Shown here: in pieces, positions 58,631-64,000 of the stretch
Position numbering within the stretch: position 1 is the first letter of the stretch
Layout: each line of letters begins with the position of its first letter
NCBI GenBank assembly: GCA_021325025.1
Contig: JAJPHZ010000007.1
Coordinates: forward strand, 190-64,189
DNA: 64,000 nucleotides
Reading direction: 5' to 3'
DNA from: Pseudomonadota bacterium
Lineage (GTDB): Bacteria; Desulfobacterota; Binatia; Binatales; Binataceae
Notes under the pieces: generated by a model
What the model saw: the letters and a program-made list of their open reading frames with translations, nothing else
The model's database searches: none
What the model was told of the DNA's origin: nothing
Program-made: the position numbers and the translations under genes

Positions 58631-59059
58631 TCAACGCGGCCGCGCCAGCGGGTCGGGCACCCGGGTATCGACGAACGGCGTGACGTTGAGGAAGTACCAC
58701 TCGCCGTCGAGCTTGCGCAGTTGCGTGTGGTAGCCGCCCACCAGCAGCAGGGAGGTCACACCCTCGCGAGTGACGTAGACGGTCAGGTTGCACAGCGCCG
58801 TGCCGCGGTCGGCCTCCAGCGACATGGTCAGGTTGGTGACCAGGTGACGCTGCTTGACCCGGCCCATTTCGCTGGCGGCAAGGTCGCGGGTGAATTTGAG
58901 CAGACCCTCGCGCCCGGCGTGGCGGCCCGCCACCGGCGAATCGAAGACCCCATCGGGCGTGAACGTGCTGACCCATTCCTCGTAGCGGCCCTCGTCGATA
59001 CTGTGACAAAAGCGCGCGAACAACTCTCGCACCTTTTCCCGGTCTTCGTAGTTGAACAT
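58631..59059 (-). CDS. SnoaL-like / NTF2-fold protein
   Basis: MFNYEDREKVRELFARFCHSIDEGRYEEWVSTFTPDGVFDSP, SnoaL_4-like. Confidence 0.55.
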   Translation of the reverse strand: MFNYEDREKVRELFARFCHSIDEGRYEEWVSTFTPDGVFDSPVAGRHAGREGLLKFTRDLAASEMGRVKQRHLVTNLTMSLEADRGTALCNLTVYVTREGVTSLLLVGGYHTQLRKLDGEWYFLNVTPFVDTRVPDPLARPR

Positions 59060-59280
59060 GGTCTCGTAACTCCCTGGTGGCAATCCGCGTCCTTCGATCA
59101 ACCAGTGGAACAGGCGTTGTGGCCTGGCGACGATGCGCGACCATTTTTTGGCCGCTGCCACCGCGGAATTTTATTCTGAATTCGACAAAATGGCGCGGCA
59201 AAGGACGCCGCACCTCGAGGACCGACCGCGAGCCTGCCCCGATTATTGTTTGCCCGGGAGTTGGAATCGGACGGGAAAAA

Positions 59281-59844
59281 CTACCTGCCCTCGGGCAGGT
59301 CGACGAACACTGCGGCAGCCACCACCGTGGTCCACAACCCGTCGCGGTCGCCAATCGCCGATTGCGTGACGTTGCGCGTGGTGACGATCTTGTCCGACAT
59401 GCGCCAGATGTTCTTGCGCTCGTCGTAGCTGGTGTTGGGGTCGAAGTCGACGCCCAGGATCGTCGCCAACATCGAGGCCGCCAGGTCTTCGGCGTAATCG
59501 CCCGCCTTCTGGTCGGTCTCGCCGAAACTGTGATGCTCGGAGAGATAGCCGTAATGGGCGGGATTGGACGGAATCGCCAGCCCGACCGAAGCGGCGACCA
59601 GCCGATGCGGCTCGTTGGTCGCGTTCTCGTGCATCACCGTGAACACGATCTGCCCCGGCGTCAGATGCTTGAGCCCTTCCTGGATCGGGATCAGCCTGCA
59701 GTTGGGCGGGAAAATCGAGCTGACGCGCACCAGGTTGAACTCAGCGATTCCGGCGCTGCGCAAGGCCAGCTCAAAGGAGGTGAGCTTCTCCCGATGCTTG
59801 CCGACACCCTTGGTCAGGAAGATACCTTTTGCGACTGGCCCCAT
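59281..59844 (-). CDS. pdaD: Pyruvoyl-dependent arginine decarboxylase (PdaD/AaxB family) proenzyme
   Basis: ALRSAGIAEFNLVRVSSIFPPNCRLIP aligns with the archaeal PdaD self-cleavage region (..NLIRISSIMPP..). Ser-Ser pair present. 187 aa. Confidence 0.7.
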   Translation of the reverse strand: MGPVAKGIFLTKGVGKHREKLTSFELALRSAGIAEFNLVRVSSIFPPNCRLIPIQEGLKHLTPGQIVFTVMHENATNEPHRLVAASVGLAIPSNPAHYGYLSEHHSFGETDQKAGDYAEDLAASMLATILGVDFDPNTSYDERKNIWRMSDKIVTTRNVTQSAIGDRDGLWTTVVAAAVFVDLPEGR

Positions 59845-60036
59845 CCGTCTCCTTCTCCGGCTTTAAAGAATTGGGGAAAACACCACCTATAATCCATTGG
59901 GTGCGCATTTGCCGCAATAGAGGTTGTGGCCGAGAAGGGAATTTTGTGATGACCTCGGCCCCGGCGCCCTGGCGGGCATCGGTCTTGAAGCCGACGAGCA
60001 GAACCGGCACGGAAGCCGGCGCTGCTCACGTCGGCC

Positions 60037-61707
<1,671 letters not shown>

Positions 61708-61724
61708 CGGCTATCCTCTCGACG

Positions 61725-62225
61725 TTATTCGATCACCGCCAGGATCTCGCCTTTTTCCACCGCCTGACCCACCGAGACCTTGATCTCGAGCACTTTGCCG
61801 GCCTTGGGCGTTTTGAGTTCGTTTTCCATCTTCATCGCTTCGACCACAACGATCCCCTGGTCGGCAGCGACTTCATCGCCGGGCTGAACCAGCACGTTGA
61901 CCACCCGCCCCGGCATCATCGCCTTGAGCTCGATGCGTCCGGTGACGACGCGCTCGCCGCCGGCACGCAGGCGCCGGCGGCTCCTGTCAACCAACGTGAC
62001 ACGATTGATGCCGCGGCGCGAGATCAGCACCAGCTCGTCGCCTTCGGCGCTGATGCTGAAGTCGAAGGTGCGAGTGCCCACTACGGCCAGAAACGAAGAG
62101 CCGTGGGTCTTGCGCAAATCGACATCGAAGCTCCGGTCGCCGATTTTGATCCGATAGTTGTTGGCGGCTAGCTCCTCGATTTCCAATTCGTGATTCGTGC
62201 CGTCGACGATTGCCTGATACCGCAT
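61725..62225 (-). CDS. Biotin carboxyl carrier protein (stand-alone BCCP)
   Basis: C-terminal biotinyl domain with EAMKMENE biotin-attachment motif. Confidence 0.8.
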   Translation of the reverse strand: MRYQAIVDGTNHELEIEELAANNYRIKIGDRSFDVDLRKTHGSSFLAVVGTRTFDFSISAEGDELVLISRRGINRVTLVDRSRRRLRAGGERVVTGRIELKAMMPGRVVNVLVQPGDEVAADQGIVVVEAMKMENELKTPKAGKVLEIKVSVGQAVEKGEILAVIE

Positions 62226-62240
62226 CGTGCCGCCCGCTCC

Positions 62241-63752
<1,512 letters not shown>

Positions 63753-63787
63753 CGTGGTGGTAGTCGCGCGGCTGGCCCTGCTTGGCC

Positions 63788-64000
63788 TCACAAGGGAATA
63801 TTACCGTGTTTACGCGGCGGATTCTTGTCGCGCTTGTTTTCCAGCGCCTTGAGCGAAGTGATCAGGCGCGCACGGGTGTCGCGCGGCAAAATGACCTCAT
63901 CTATGTAACCCAACTCCGCCGCCTTGAACGGATTGGCGAACGTGGCGCGGTATTCGTCAACCAGCCGCGCGCGCTCGGCGGCCACGTCGGAGGCGCGCTG
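63788..64000 (-). CDS. Acyl-CoA carboxylase carboxyltransferase (beta) subunit, C-terminal end only (gene continues beyond window)
   Basis: ...FANPFKAAELGYIDEVILPRDTRARL...KHGNIPL, the canonical PccB/MMCT C-terminus. Confidence 0.75.
   Translation of the reverse strand, partial: QRASDVAAERARLVDEYRATFANPFKAAELGYIDEVILPRDTRARLITSLKALENKRDKNPPRKHGNIPL

Overview
This 64 kb window is high-GC (about 65-68%) bacterial chromosomal DNA with dense coding on both strands. The style, with many LLM-class flavin oxidoreductases, amidohydrolase-2, SDR, alpha/beta-hydrolase and VOC genes, resembles an uncultured soil or sediment lineage. All product calls come from motif-level recognition of the translated ORFs. 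No database search was possible.

Housekeeping genes present:
- relA/spoT C-terminal fragment (TGS and ACT domains)
- ridA
- bcp peroxiredoxin
- xseA-xseB
- bifunctional sat/cysC
- a complete recC-recB-recD operon
- DksA-like protein plus UspA
- a biotin-dependent acyl-CoA carboxylase set (carboxyltransferase, biotin carboxylase, separate BCCP) next to a mutase large subunit

Accessory content:
- two tandem amidohydrolase-2 paralogs and a third distant one
- three LLM oxidoreductases plus one F420-type LLM
- two paralogous alpha/beta hydrolases
- two SDRs
- a crotonase
- a CaiB/BaiF CoA-transferase
- an HpaB/AbfD-family protein
- a TPP enzyme
- a TolC-like outer membrane protein
- an S53 (sedolisin) peptidase
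- a fused MFS/spermidine-synthase membrane protein
- a pyruvoyl-dependent arginine decarboxylase (PdaD-like)

The most interesting locus is a compact minus-strand array at 45.4-52.2 kb. It reads TerC-family membrane protein, P-type cation ATPase, methylamine/aromatic-amine dehydrogenase heavy chain, TTQ-bearing light chain, then two tandem class I cytochromes c. The canonical mauE/mauD/mauG/amicyanin genes are absent from the window.

A second novel signal is a roughly 190-aa C-terminal module shared by the S53 peptidase and an unrelated small lipoprotein at 5.1 kb. It contains an FTVTN beta-domain, a TM helix, and a second signal-peptide-like helix ending in a GCGS motif.

No rRNA, tRNA, CRISPR array or obvious IS or transposase genes were seen.
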